IMG/VR virus record: IMGVR_UViG_3300023173_001364
Coordinates: 1-64,000 of that record
Length of the DNA stretch: 64,000 nucleotides
Reading direction: 5' to 3' (one strand)
From: an uncultured virus (IMG/VR IMGVR_UViG_3300023173_001364)
Taxonomy: Duplodnaviria > Heunggongvirae > Uroviricota > Caudoviricetes
Below the pieces are notes generated by a model. That model worked only from the letters and a program-made list of their open reading frames with translations, ran no database searches and was not told the origin of the DNA. The position numbers were made by a program, and so were the translations under genes. Positions 36,894 to 45,956 of this stretch are shown in pieces; within the stretch, counting starts at the first letter, position 1; each line of letters starts with the position of its first letter.

Positions 36894-39800
36894 TTAGTCT
36901 TTTTTACGGCAAGAACCTGGCTCGCCACGTTTCTTCCCTGGAACTTTTTCATACCCATCCCAGCATTTATCATATTCTTTACTGTTAGGATGTGCTTCTG
37001 TTGTCTTTTTACGGCGTTGCATTTTACCCATTGGCTGTGCAACACTAGCAATTCCACCTGCGCTAGTCATTTCGTTGAACATTTCTTTACGTTTCTTTTC
37101 AACATACTTGCTAGCACGAGCATACATACCGTCGTATCTGTCATTCATTTGGTCATCTAAGTCCATGTTATACAACCAGTCTTCAATTTCTTCTAATTCA
37201 TCTTGTTCGTATGCTTCCCAATCAAGTCTTGAAATATTACTAAAGTCCCAATCCAGGTCATCCATAAATTCTAATCCTGCTGATTCTTTAACTTCTTTTT
37301 CATCGTCATCTTCAATGCCACGCTTCTTTTTACTGTCTTTGATTGCTTGTTGCATAATTTTTTGCAATCTCATTTGTGCTTGCATGTTGTGGTCTGGACG
37401 TCTTTTTTGACCTTCTGGTATCTCTCCAGTTGGATCCATTTTATTAATGGCATCAATGATTAATTTGTCCAATTGCTGATGCAATGACTTACCGCCATCG
37501 GGTAATTTTTTCATTACGCTCGACATACCAATATCAAATGCTAGCTCTTCATGTGCTCGCATTCTCATTTCGTGTTGGTTTACACCTTTTTTTAGCCCTG
37601 CTTTAAACTCATGAAATGCTGCTTCTACGGCTTGATCTGGATCGTTAAGATCTATATCGAGATCTTCGTTATCTTCCATTGCTTGTTTGCGAATAGTTGC
37701 AAAGTATACACTTTCCCAATCATCGCCGTACTGCTTTTTCATTGACGCTTTCATGTCACTGTCATCGTACTTTTTCTTTAAACGCTTTTCTTTTGACTTT
37801 TCTGCTTTAGTCATTTTACGTTCGTCAACTTCATCTGAACTATGTCCTAAATGCTTGTGTACAAGTGCATCAAGTGCACGGTGAAAAGCATCAATTTCAT
37901 CATCTGACATTTCTTCATTAACACGAGGACCATTAATTAAGTTCGGTGCTTTTGGTTTGGGTGCAGTACGAGCACGTTGCGCCGCTGCCATTTCTTGATC
38001 ATAAGTTGACTGACTTACAGGACCACTTGCAAGTCCACCACGGCGAAAACCTGGATTCAATCTTGATGTGCCTGCTGGTAAAGCTGCTGACTCAGTTTGT
38101 AGACCATACTGTGCAAACATATCAATGATCATGTCTTTGTTTGCTTCCATCCAATCACGTTCACGTGTCATACTGTATACATGTCCATAAGCATCATAGG
38201 CGTGCATGTTATGGCGAATTGCATTTTCTGCGTGTTGCGCCATTGCTGAATCGCCATCTTCATCTGTGTCTGGCCAGTCAATACTGCCAAGCCCACGAGC
38301 AGATTCTTTCATGCCACGTCTGTCGTTGTCTAGTTCTTTAAACTCATCATATGAAAGATACATGTCAGTATCTGGATCGTAGTACGCACCTTCTTTTGGA
38401 TCGTAGTAAACTACTTTACCACTTAGTGTACTAAATGGTCCTTCTAAACCTGGACGTTCTTGATAACGATCTCTGTCAATTGGTGGAAGTTCTTTGTAGC
38501 CTTCGCTATATTTTTTCTTTTTATTTTTGTTATATTTTCCTTCACCGAGTGCACCTTTATTGTAACGTTGTGCAATTTGGCTTAGTGTGTCTCCACTTTT
38601 TACTGTGTACGAACCACCGTTTGGCAAAGTAATTGTGTCACCTGGATAAATTTTATTTGCATCTTTAATACCACTTGCACGTGCCAAATCTTGATATGTA
38701 ACTTTTGATTGTGTTGACTGTTTTTTAGCAGGCTCGTTAAATTTAAGTGCTTGTTTTACTGCATTGTCAATACTTGGTTTGTCTGGGCCAGTTGTGGTTG
38801 GACGCAATTTAGGACGAGGGCTTGTTGCTCTGCTTGGTTCTTTTGTTTGTGGTTGAGCTGCTGTACCTGGTGCGGTGATTTGATAATTAGAAGATTTTTT
38901 AATTACTTTGTCCGCATGTGTAGTAGCCATTGCTTGCGCTTTCGGGCCACGACTTAAAATACCAGGGCCGCCATTATACATCATAACTGCTACTCTGTCA
39001 TCTTCTGCACCATATGTATTTTTCATAGCAGAATAATATCTCATAGCAACATCTGTGTTAACAAACGGATCTTCAACATCAGCTAAACTAAAGTTTGTAC
39101 CGTAAATTCTGTTAACGTCATCGATTGCAGGTTGACGAAGTTGGAAAATACCAATAGCACTACCACCGTCTCCACGTGCAGAATTATCAAATCCACTTTC
39201 TTGATCTGCCATACCCATAGCAATATGATACGGAACATTGTATTTTTCTGCTGTGGTACGAATCATTTCAGCTGTTGCATCACCTACTTTTTCGCTCACT
39301 GGACGTAACTTAGGGCGTGGACTTGTTGATCTGTCTGATCCAGGACGTAACTTAGGACGTGGGCTTGTACTTCTAGGATCTGTTAATCCTTTGTTTTGAG
39401 GATGTGATGGTTGATCCATGTGTCCTGCATTTGGATTAAAATAATCATGGTCTGTATCAAATCCACGTGTACTTCCTGTCATCTGACCATTTGGTGCACG
39501 TTCACGACGACCGATATTATCGTTAGGTCCTTCTTTCATTACAGTTGTAATCATTTGTGTTGTATCAACTGTAGGTCCTTCAAAAATAGTAAGCATACGT
39601 ACACGGTCTTCGTCTTTTGTAGTAAGATTCGGATACGCTTCCATTACACGTTCCCATGAAAGAGATGCAGTATCTTTTAGTTCTGATTCTGTTAGTGCAC
39701 GTTCATTATAGTATTTTTTACTTTGTGCTTGTGCAGCACTTTCACCGATAAAACCTACATGCTTTAATAGTTTATTAGATAGTTTTTGTTCGTTAACTTT

Positions 39801-40106
39801 TTTGTATTCATCTAGTGCAATTTTATATTCTACTACTACACGTTTATATTCTTGTTTCATCGAAGCACGTTCTTCTTTAAGCATATTGTCTTTGTGTAAT
39901 GACAAGTATTTTTTAATGCTTTCTTGGAAATATTTTTTAGTTGTGTCCCAACTGATAACTCCATGTGCATAACATTCAAATACACTATACATATTTGCCT
40001 GAACTTTATCAAACTCTCTACCTGTGACTGCAAATTTGTTTCTTGATTCTTTTGCAATGTCTAGTATGTTTTTTGCTGCTTTAATAGGTTTCATTTTGTT
40101 TTCCAA
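36894..40106 (-). CDS. Large modular virion protein with lytic transglycosylase (SLT) and LysM domains
   Basis: QESGF...AIGIFQL...YNGGPG (SLT); YTVKSGDTLSQIA (LysM); 3x SPRPKLRP; many short unrelated modules. Confidence 0.8.
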   Translation of the reverse strand: MENKMKPIKAAKNILDIAKESRNKFAVTGREFDKVQANMYSVFECYAHGVISWDTTKKYFQESIKKYLSLHKDNMLKEERASMKQEYKRVVVEYKIALDEYKKVNEQKLSNKLLKHVGFIGESAAQAQSKKYYNERALTESELKDTASLSWERVMEAYPNLTTKDEDRVRMLTIFEGPTVDTTQMITTVMKEGPNDNIGRRERAPNGQMTGSTRGFDTDHDYFNPNAGHMDQPSHPQNKGLTDPRSTSPRPKLRPGSDRSTSPRPKLRPVSEKVGDATAEMIRTTAEKYNVPYHIAMGMADQESGFDNSARGDGGSAIGIFQLRQPAIDDVNRIYGTNFSLADVEDPFVNTDVAMRYYSAMKNTYGAEDDRVAVMMYNGGPGILSRGPKAQAMATTHADKVIKKSSNYQITAPGTAAQPQTKEPSRATSPRPKLRPTTTGPDKPSIDNAVKQALKFNEPAKKQSTQSKVTYQDLARASGIKDANKIYPGDTITLPNGGSYTVKSGDTLSQIAQRYNKGALGEGKYNKNKKKKYSEGYKELPPIDRDRYQERPGLEGPFSTLSGKVVYYDPKEGAYYDPDTDMYLSYDEFKELDNDRRGMKESARGLGSIDWPDTDEDGDSAMAQHAENAIRHNMHAYDAYGHVYSMTRERDWMEANKDMIIDMFAQYGLQTESAALPAGTSRLNPGFRRGGLASGPVSQSTYDQEMAAAQRARTAPKPKAPNLINGPRVNEEMSDDEIDAFHRALDALVHKHLGHSSDEVDERKMTKAEKSKEKRLKKKYDDSDMKASMKKQYGDDWESVYFATIRKQAMEDNEDLDIDLNDPDQAVEAAFHEFKAGLKKGVNQHEMRMRAHEELAFDIGMSSVMKKLPDGGKSLHQQLDKLIIDAINKMDPTGEIPEGQKRRPDHNMQAQMRLQKIMQQAIKDSKKKRGIEDDDEKEVKESAGLEFMDDLDWDFSNISRLDWEAYEQDELEEIEDWLYNMDLDDQMNDRYDGMYARASKYVEKKRKEMFNEMTSAGGIASVAQPMGKMQRRKKTTEAHPNSKEYDKCWDGYEKVPGKKRGEPGSCRKKD

Positions 40107-40108
40107 TA

Positions 40109-41629
40109 TTATCTATCTAATTTTAATGGGCTTGTTAATTTTATAGGTGAAAATTTCATTGCAGTTGCGTCTACCGGTCCGATACCAGGTAAACCAAATC
40201 CTGGTAATCCGAATCTACGTCTTGTTCTTTTTTTACCATTGCCTTTACCGCCTTTAGGTTTTAATCTAGGTTGTGGCAGTGGCCTTGGGCCTGGAACAGG
40301 AACAATCTCCGGTGCCTTTATAGTTTTAGGAGTAGTTTTAGGCTTACTTGGTGTAGTATCTGGCGTTGGCTTAGTATCGGGTTTTGGCTCAGCTGGCTTA
40401 TCGGATGGCTTAGTATCCGGTCTACTATCGGGTTTTGGCTTAGTATCTGGCCTACTATCGGGTTTTGGCTCAGCTGGTTTAGCTGGCGGTTTAGTATCTG
40501 GTTTTGGTGTAGGCGTTGGCCTATCAGCTGGCTTAGTATCTGGCTTTGGCTTAGTATCGGGTTTTGGCTCAGCTGGCTTATCGGATGGCTTAGTATCCGG
40601 TCTACTATCGGGTTTTGGCCTGGTATCTGGTTTAGAATCTGGCTTCGGTTGTGCCGGTTTAACTGGCGGTTTAGTATCTGGTTTTGGTGTAGGCGTTGGC
40701 CTATCAGCTGGCTTAGTATCTGGCTTTGGCTTAGTATCTGGCTTTGGCTTAGTTGGTTTTTTTGGTTGACCGGGAACAGGTTTTGTGTCTGGACGGGTAC
40801 GTGGCTTACTACCCGGCTTATCAGATGGCTTTGGCTCAGCTGGTTTAGCTGGCGGTTTAGTATCTGGTTTTGGTGTAGGTGTTGGCCTATCAGCTGGCTT
40901 AGTATCTGGCTTTGGCGTTGTTTCTGGCTCCGGCACTACACGAATAGGAGGCCCTGGTTTGTTTGCGGGCTTCGGATCTGTTTTAGGTGTAGTACGATCT
41001 GGAGCGGGATCACTAGTTGCTGGTTCTCCCAACTCTGGTGCAGGAAGACTTGCTGCAGCTTTTGTTAACGCATCTTTTGCAGCTACATATCTAGGATGAG
41101 TACGTGGGTCGCCACTTGCTATGTCATCTGCTGACATAGCATTTGCTTCTGCATCTATTAAGTCAACGAAAGCCTGAGGATCATTGGTCGAAAGATGATC
41201 TAAAAACTTTTCTGCTTCGTTCCAAGCTGCCGACTGATCATCTGATATAGTGCCATCGGCTGCAGTAGATGGAGTTAGTGCAAATCCTATAGCACCGAAT
41301 AATCTTCCCAATACACCTTTTGCTAAAGATCCTGCTTTTGATCCCGTAGATTTCGGAATACTGGGAATATTGCCCGCTTTAAAATTATTGTTTGCTGCTT
41401 GTAATGCTTTTGGATTATCTAATAAGTAATTTGTTATTGCATTTTTAAATTGTGGTGTTTTAAACTGCGGATTTAAATTCACAATATTATTTACAGTTCT
41501 CGCTGCTTGACTTGGACTTACTTTGTATTGATTCTGAAATTGAACCGGATCAAGTCCTCTTAAATTAAACGCAGGCACTGCTTCGTCTAATGATTCTTTG
41601 TTGCCTTCAGTGAACTCTGTAAATTTCAT
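40109..41629 (-). CDS. Pro/Lys/Asp/Thr repeat protein, probable virion internal/ejected protein
   Basis: MKFTEFTE start; hydrophobic GRLFGAIGFALTPS segment; PKPDTKP repeats. Confidence 0.75.
   Translation of the reverse strand: MKFTEFTEGNKESLDEAVPAFNLRGLDPVQFQNQYKVSPSQAARTVNNIVNLNPQFKTPQFKNAITNYLLDNPKALQAANNNFKAGNIPSIPKSTGSKAGSLAKGVLGRLFGAIGFALTPSTAADGTISDDQSAAWNEAEKFLDHLSTNDPQAFVDLIDAEANAMSADDIASGDPRTHPRYVAAKDALTKAAASLPAPELGEPATSDPAPDRTTPKTDPKPANKPGPPIRVVPEPETTPKPDTKPADRPTPTPKPDTKPPAKPAEPKPSDKPGSKPRTRPDTKPVPGQPKKPTKPKPDTKPKPDTKPADRPTPTPKPDTKPPVKPAQPKPDSKPDTRPKPDSRPDTKPSDKPAEPKPDTKPKPDTKPADRPTPTPKPDTKPPAKPAEPKPDSRPDTKPKPDSRPDTKPSDKPAEPKPDTKPTPDTTPSKPKTTPKTIKAPEIVPVPGPRPLPQPRLKPKGGKGNGKKRTRRRFGLPGFGLPGIGPVDATAMKFSPIKLTSPLKLDR
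40360..40920. repeat. Coding tandem repeats (short units nested in a ~180-bp period)
   Basis: 40369-40439 repeated at 40549-40619; GGCTTAGTATCTGGCTTT-type units recur. Confidence 0.9.
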
Positions 41630-41630
41630 A

Positions 41631-42077
41631 TTAGATTTCCTCGATAGGAAGGTCATCTACTATTTCTGGTTGACCTTCTGTAGCTTCTATATATTCCATA
41701 TAGTGCTTTACAGTAGCAATGTAATCTGCTGCTTTAGTGATTTTACTTTGCACCCAAGGTTCTAAATTTTCGTTGTCTTGAATCATGCCATGCAATTGAA
41801 TAGCATACTTTGAAAGTTTATATAGTTCACTTTTTGCCATCCATCCATCATCGTCGGTGTCATCTAATACACCTTCCATAATTTCGCTCATGTAAACTGT
41901 AGGCTCTGTGCCTTCTTTTAATTCTGTACTGTGTCTTTTCATCCACGCACGTGCAACATCGATGTCTTCGAACACTTTGCGTTCTACTCCGTTAACATCT
42001 AGTACTTTATATTCGCTGCCTTCTTTCACAAGTTGTGGTTTGGCAGCTGGGTTTGATTGTAATTTTTCTAATCTCAT
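41631..42077 (-). CDS. Hypothetical late protein
   Basis: MAKSELYK...LEPWVQSKITKAADYI module; late motif at 42116-42122. Confidence 0.7.
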   Translation of the reverse strand: MRLEKLQSNPAAKPQLVKEGSEYKVLDVNGVERKVFEDIDVARAWMKRHSTELKEGTEPTVYMSEIMEGVLDDTDDDGWMAKSELYKLSKYAIQLHGMIQDNENLEPWVQSKITKAADYIATVKHYMEYIEATEGQPEIVDDLPIEEI

Positions 42078-42133
42078 TGAGACGCTCCAAGTATCATGAT
42101 AAGTAATTATACACTTATTTATCAGAGTACAGC

Positions 42134-43195
42134 ATGAAGATAGCAATTTTCCTTACCGGTCTAATAATAGACAAAACTCCAACATTAGAATATATTAAAC
42201 ACATGTTTGATGATTTTGCAAGAAGAAATAGCTTGCAAATTGATTATTATTGTCACTTTTGGGATAGTACAGGTTTATATCCTTATGATATAGATTATCA
42301 AATTACAAAGATAACTGTACCTTGGGAAAATCGTGGCAGTGTAGATCGTGCAATTAATACTTTTAAACCAAGAGAATACAAAGTAAGTAAATTTTCAGAT
42401 ATACATGATCATTTTTTAATTTATTACAAAAACAAATTTAAAGACAATGAATGGGTACAAGACACAATTTCAATGATCGAAGATCAGCAATTTAACAAAA
42501 ACTTACATCCAAACTTTTTTATAGACAACTTTAAAAATCCACATCATGTATTTGATAAATGGTGGCACTATCATGTATTTTACTGCAGATATGTTCATGT
42601 TGTTTCACAAGCATTTAGTGCTTCGCAATCTAAAAATCTTATTAAGAATTCAAACGAAGAATATGCGGCTGTTATTAAATGGAGATACGATGTACTAGCT
42701 GATTTAATTTCTAATAATGACAAAATGATAGATGCAATTAAACATTGCTCAGATGATTCTGTTTTTTATACAGAATTAGCATGGGAAGGAAACGAATGGA
42801 AAGAAGACTTACCATATGATATTAACAGTGCGCCTGTGAACAAAACTATAAGTTTACACGACGGTTGGTGGATGACTAGTAATTCTGTTAATAATACATT
42901 AGCAGAAACCTTACTAACTAAATATTCCGAAGTCGATGACGGTCAACACATTAGATTTTATAAGTCGATTAAGTCCGACGAGTATCAGATTAAATTAACT
43001 AATAGAATACAACATAATATTATACGCTTTCCCGAATCAATACCAAAAGATTACAACTCAAAACCTTGGGAGTATTTTCATACATTGTATCAGAAAAACT
43101 TTAACACAAAAAAACAAAGCGATTTCAGAGGTCCTATAGATCACTGCGATGAAAGAGCAAAATACTATACTATCAAATATTTTAATTTTTATTAG
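42134..43195 (+). CDS. Putative glycosyltransferase-related protein
   Basis: MKIAIFLTG, YCHFWD, VIKWRYD motifs; distant paralog of 43192..44064. Confidence 0.6.
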   Translation: MKIAIFLTGLIIDKTPTLEYIKHMFDDFARRNSLQIDYYCHFWDSTGLYPYDIDYQITKITVPWENRGSVDRAINTFKPREYKVSKFSDIHDHFLIYYKNKFKDNEWVQDTISMIEDQQFNKNLHPNFFIDNFKNPHHVFDKWWHYHVFYCRYVHVVSQAFSASQSKNLIKNSNEEYAAVIKWRYDVLADLISNNDKMIDAIKHCSDDSVFYTELAWEGNEWKEDLPYDINSAPVNKTISLHDGWWMTSNSVNNTLAETLLTKYSEVDDGQHIRFYKSIKSDEYQIKLTNRIQHNIIRFPESIPKDYNSKPWEYFHTLYQKNFNTKKQSDFRGPIDHCDERAKYYTIKYFNFY

Positions 43196-44064
43196 GCTTT
43201 GTCAGGATTCTCAAATTGATATTGATTAAACTGTTGCTCGATATATTGGAAATTTAGTTGATGTAATTCTTCATCATACCGTATTAGTTTACAATCAAAT
43301 GGCATCGGCCACACTACGCTAAAACTTAACATATTTGTCTTAGAGTACATTGCTAACTTATTCCATATCCAATGCGGCGGCTCTGGAAAATCACTTACTT
43401 GTAGTTCATACCATAATTGTTTGTGTTCGGTTGCTAATTTTAAACAATGATCTTCGATATTATTATTAAATTTGTACCAGACATCTGGTTTGCTTATGAA
43501 TGCAAAATCTGCAAATAACGGAATACCACTGTCTATATAGAGCCAAGGCGAAAACATTTTATCATTGAATATTGGATTTCGATATATGTTTTCAAATGCT
43601 TCTGTCCAGTACTTTACATCCATATCTTTAAAAGCAACGTCACTGCGAGTCCGTATTACAATGTCATAATCAGATAGTGTTCCTAACATTTTAGTTATTT
43701 TGCCACTACAAATATACTGTCCCCAGAAGTTTTTAGCATAGTTGCTGATATATTGTTTTTCTACACCGAATAAATGTGCATGTTTGAATTTATCTGATAC
43801 AAAGGACCAATCTAAATGTTGATTTATATTTTGTACACTATCTATAAATTTATCTATTACATTGTCATAATTTTGTATATGATACCGTATAGGTGCATAT
43901 GTATTTTCTATTCTACTACGCAAATCAGGATCACCGTCGTCCCAAAAATATCCGTAGTAATCTACGTCAATTCCACAACCGTCGGGAAAAACTCGATTTT
44001 TAAACCACCAGGCACCCTGCTCAAGATGTCTTGGCTGCCCGGTTACTAATACTGCTATTCTCAT
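43192..44064 (-). CDS. Putative glycosyltransferase-related protein
   Basis: MRIAVLVTGQPR, YDIVIRTRSD, ADFAF. Confidence 0.65.
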   Translation of the reverse strand: MRIAVLVTGQPRHLEQGAWWFKNRVFPDGCGIDVDYYGYFWDDGDPDLRSRIENTYAPIRYHIQNYDNVIDKFIDSVQNINQHLDWSFVSDKFKHAHLFGVEKQYISNYAKNFWGQYICSGKITKMLGTLSDYDIVIRTRSDVAFKDMDVKYWTEAFENIYRNPIFNDKMFSPWLYIDSGIPLFADFAFISKPDVWYKFNNNIEDHCLKLATEHKQLWYELQVSDFPEPPHWIWNKLAMYSKTNMLSFSVVWPMPFDCKLIRYDEELHQLNFQYIEQQFNQYQFENPDKA

Positions 44065-44073
44065 ATAAAACTC

Positions 44074-44712
44074 TTAGTTTAGCGGAAGTTCTGGGTTAGA
44101 TGTTCTGAAGTCTTTTTTACGCATAACTGTTTTAGCAATCAAATCTAGTTCTTGCTTGTTGCTATCCCAGTCTAATGCAAACGGTACGTTTACATCACTA
44201 CGCATGTCTTTAATAACTGCTTCAGCGTCTGGACCCATTTGTGCAATTCGCTTACCATACTTATTATAAGCATCTTTAAACAAAATTGCAAGCTCTTTTA
44301 GTGTAATTGGCTGTTTATTTCTTCTATCATTTACACGATCCAAAAAGTGCTTTGTAAATTCTACATCAATTCCAACTGCAGCAAATAGTCTATCCAAATG
44401 TTTTTCTAATGTATCTAACATCGGCTGTGTAATCTCTGTTGGATAACCTTCGCTTTCAGCCATGTACTTGTCACGATACATCTGTTCAATTTCTCTGTGA
44501 TCAAAACCGCCAAACGTTCTACCAATGTCAAATGCATAACTGCTGATACTGCGTCGATTACCTTTACTCATTACAAGACGGTGCATTGCTGCTAACATAG
44601 CTTCAATGAACGCTTCTTTTTGTCGTCGTTTTATTTCTGCTTGTACTTCATCTTTGCTCATCGCTTCCTCCATATTAGGGAAGTCGATGTTTAAAAGTTC
44701 TGATAATTTCAT
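44074..44712 (-). CDS. Putative capsid-internal protein with C-terminal nuclease-like domain
   Basis: MKLSELL start; FTKHFLDRVND.RN...KTVMRKKDF. Confidence 0.6.
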   Translation of the reverse strand: MKLSELLNIDFPNMEEAMSKDEVQAEIKRRQKEAFIEAMLAAMHRLVMSKGNRRSISSYAFDIGRTFGGFDHREIEQMYRDKYMAESEGYPTEITQPMLDTLEKHLDRLFAAVGIDVEFTKHFLDRVNDRRNKQPITLKELAILFKDAYNKYGKRIAQMGPDAEAVIKDMRSDVNVPFALDWDSNKQELDLIAKTVMRKKDFRTSNPELPLN

Positions 44713-44927
44713 CTTAAATCATCCCTGTACTCTTTCACGTAGTAATTCATTGGTTCGGTGTTTACTATTTCGAAGGTCTCGCCGTCGATATTCACGCCTG
44801 CCAACTTTTTTGGTTTTTTGCTTGTGAATTTTACTACGTGTATTCTGCGCTCAATACCACGGTGGTTTACCTCAAGTATATACTGAGGAAACATATTACG
44901 CCACCATCTTTTGAGCAACTTCTTCAT
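44709..44927 (-). CDS. Hypothetical protein
   Basis: ORF in late operon. Confidence 0.55.
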   Translation of the reverse strand: MKKLLKRWWRNMFPQYILEVNHRGIERRIHVVKFTSKKPKKLAGVNIDGETFEIVNTEPMNYYVKEYRDDLR

Positions 44928-44940
44928 TTCTTTTTATTCC

Positions 44941-45234
44941 TTACTGCGAATTTAATTCTAGTTCGTATCTTACTGCTTCTAACTCGTCTATATAAGTTTG
45001 TAATTCTTGTTGACTTGCGTTTTTAGCCATAGCATCAAAGTCACCATCATACTTGTCCATTGCTGCATCAAATGTTGGAGCATGAGTATAAAGATATTCT
45101 AATGCACTGTCACCTATGGTGCCAACATAATCATACACTTTGTTGTATGCTGTTTGCAAATCTTTTACACCCAAGCCTTCGTTTAAATTTAGTCCTGCTA
45201 GTTGTACAATTCTATCTAAGTCTGACATTTTCAT
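44941..45234 (-). CDS. Putative capsid-internal protein
   Basis: MKMSDLDRIVQLAGLNLNE N-terminus. Confidence 0.6.
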   Translation of the reverse strand: MKMSDLDRIVQLAGLNLNEGLGVKDLQTAYNKVYDYVGTIGDSALEYLYTHAPTFDAAMDKYDGDFDAMAKNASQQELQTYIDELEAVRYELELNSQ

Positions 45235-45956
45235 TTCTTTTTGCCTGCTTTCATATTAGCACACCAGTGATACATTTTTTGTTTTTCACCGCTGCTATTT
45301 TTTGCTTTACGTCTTAGTTCAGTAACGCTACCGTCACAACTAGCACCTGCTGCTTTTACACGCCCAGGTCTACTTTTGCCTTTTACTTTACCATCAGCAA
45401 AGTTTTCTCCCATTACACGTTGTTTAAGAGATTGCCACCAACTTTGATTTTGTTGATTTGTTTTTGTCTGTTGTTTAGGTTGTTTGTTTTGTCCACCCCA
45501 GTTAATTTTATGTGCTAGGCTACCTGGTTCATTTTCGTTAAATGCTGTATCAGCATGTTTCTTAGCACTAGCACCATCTGGGTGTTTTGGATTAATACCA
45601 ACAACTTCACCGTTTATTAGTTCGCTTATATTACTTGCTTTGCCAATTTTGTCAAGCAATTGATGCAGTGGATCTTCAGGATCATAGTTACCACTTTCGT
45701 ATCCACTTTTACCTCTTACTTCAGTGCGTTTACCTGTTTCACTATCTGTAATATGTAGTACATACATATCATCATCACGTTCTAATTGTAGTTTATAACC
45801 TTCTAGTACTACTTCGGAACTTTCTTTAAGATATGGCAAACTAAACCACAGTTTAAACCATTCTTGTGTGCCAGGCTTAACTTTATTCTTACGCTCGATG
45901 TCGTGAATACGTTTAGCAGTATGGCTCATGTTCTCTGTGATTTCATTCAACTTCAT
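45231..45956 (-). CDS. Modular putative capsid-internal protein
   Basis: MKLNEITE start; modules separated by xxE sites; basic Cys-containing C-terminus. Confidence 0.65.
   Translation of the reverse strand: MKLNEITENMSHTAKRIHDIERKNKVKPGTQEWFKLWFSLPYLKESSEVVLEGYKLQLERDDDMYVLHITDSETGKRTEVRGKSGYESGNYDPEDPLHQLLDKIGKASNISELINGEVVGINPKHPDGASAKKHADTAFNENEPGSLAHKINWGGQNKQPKQQTKTNQQNQSWWQSLKQRVMGENFADGKVKGKSRPGRVKAAGASCDGSVTELRRKAKNSSGEKQKMYHWCANMKAGKKK

Noticed and set aside
40360..40920. Repeat region as a possible CRISPR array
   Set aside because: No unique spacers; in-frame coding repeats; no cas genes
40239..41099. Plus-strand ORFs 40239..40769, 40271..41068 (Trp-rich) and 40785..41099
   Set aside because: Antisense shadows of the Pro-rich repeat gene; the repeats simply lack stops in those frames
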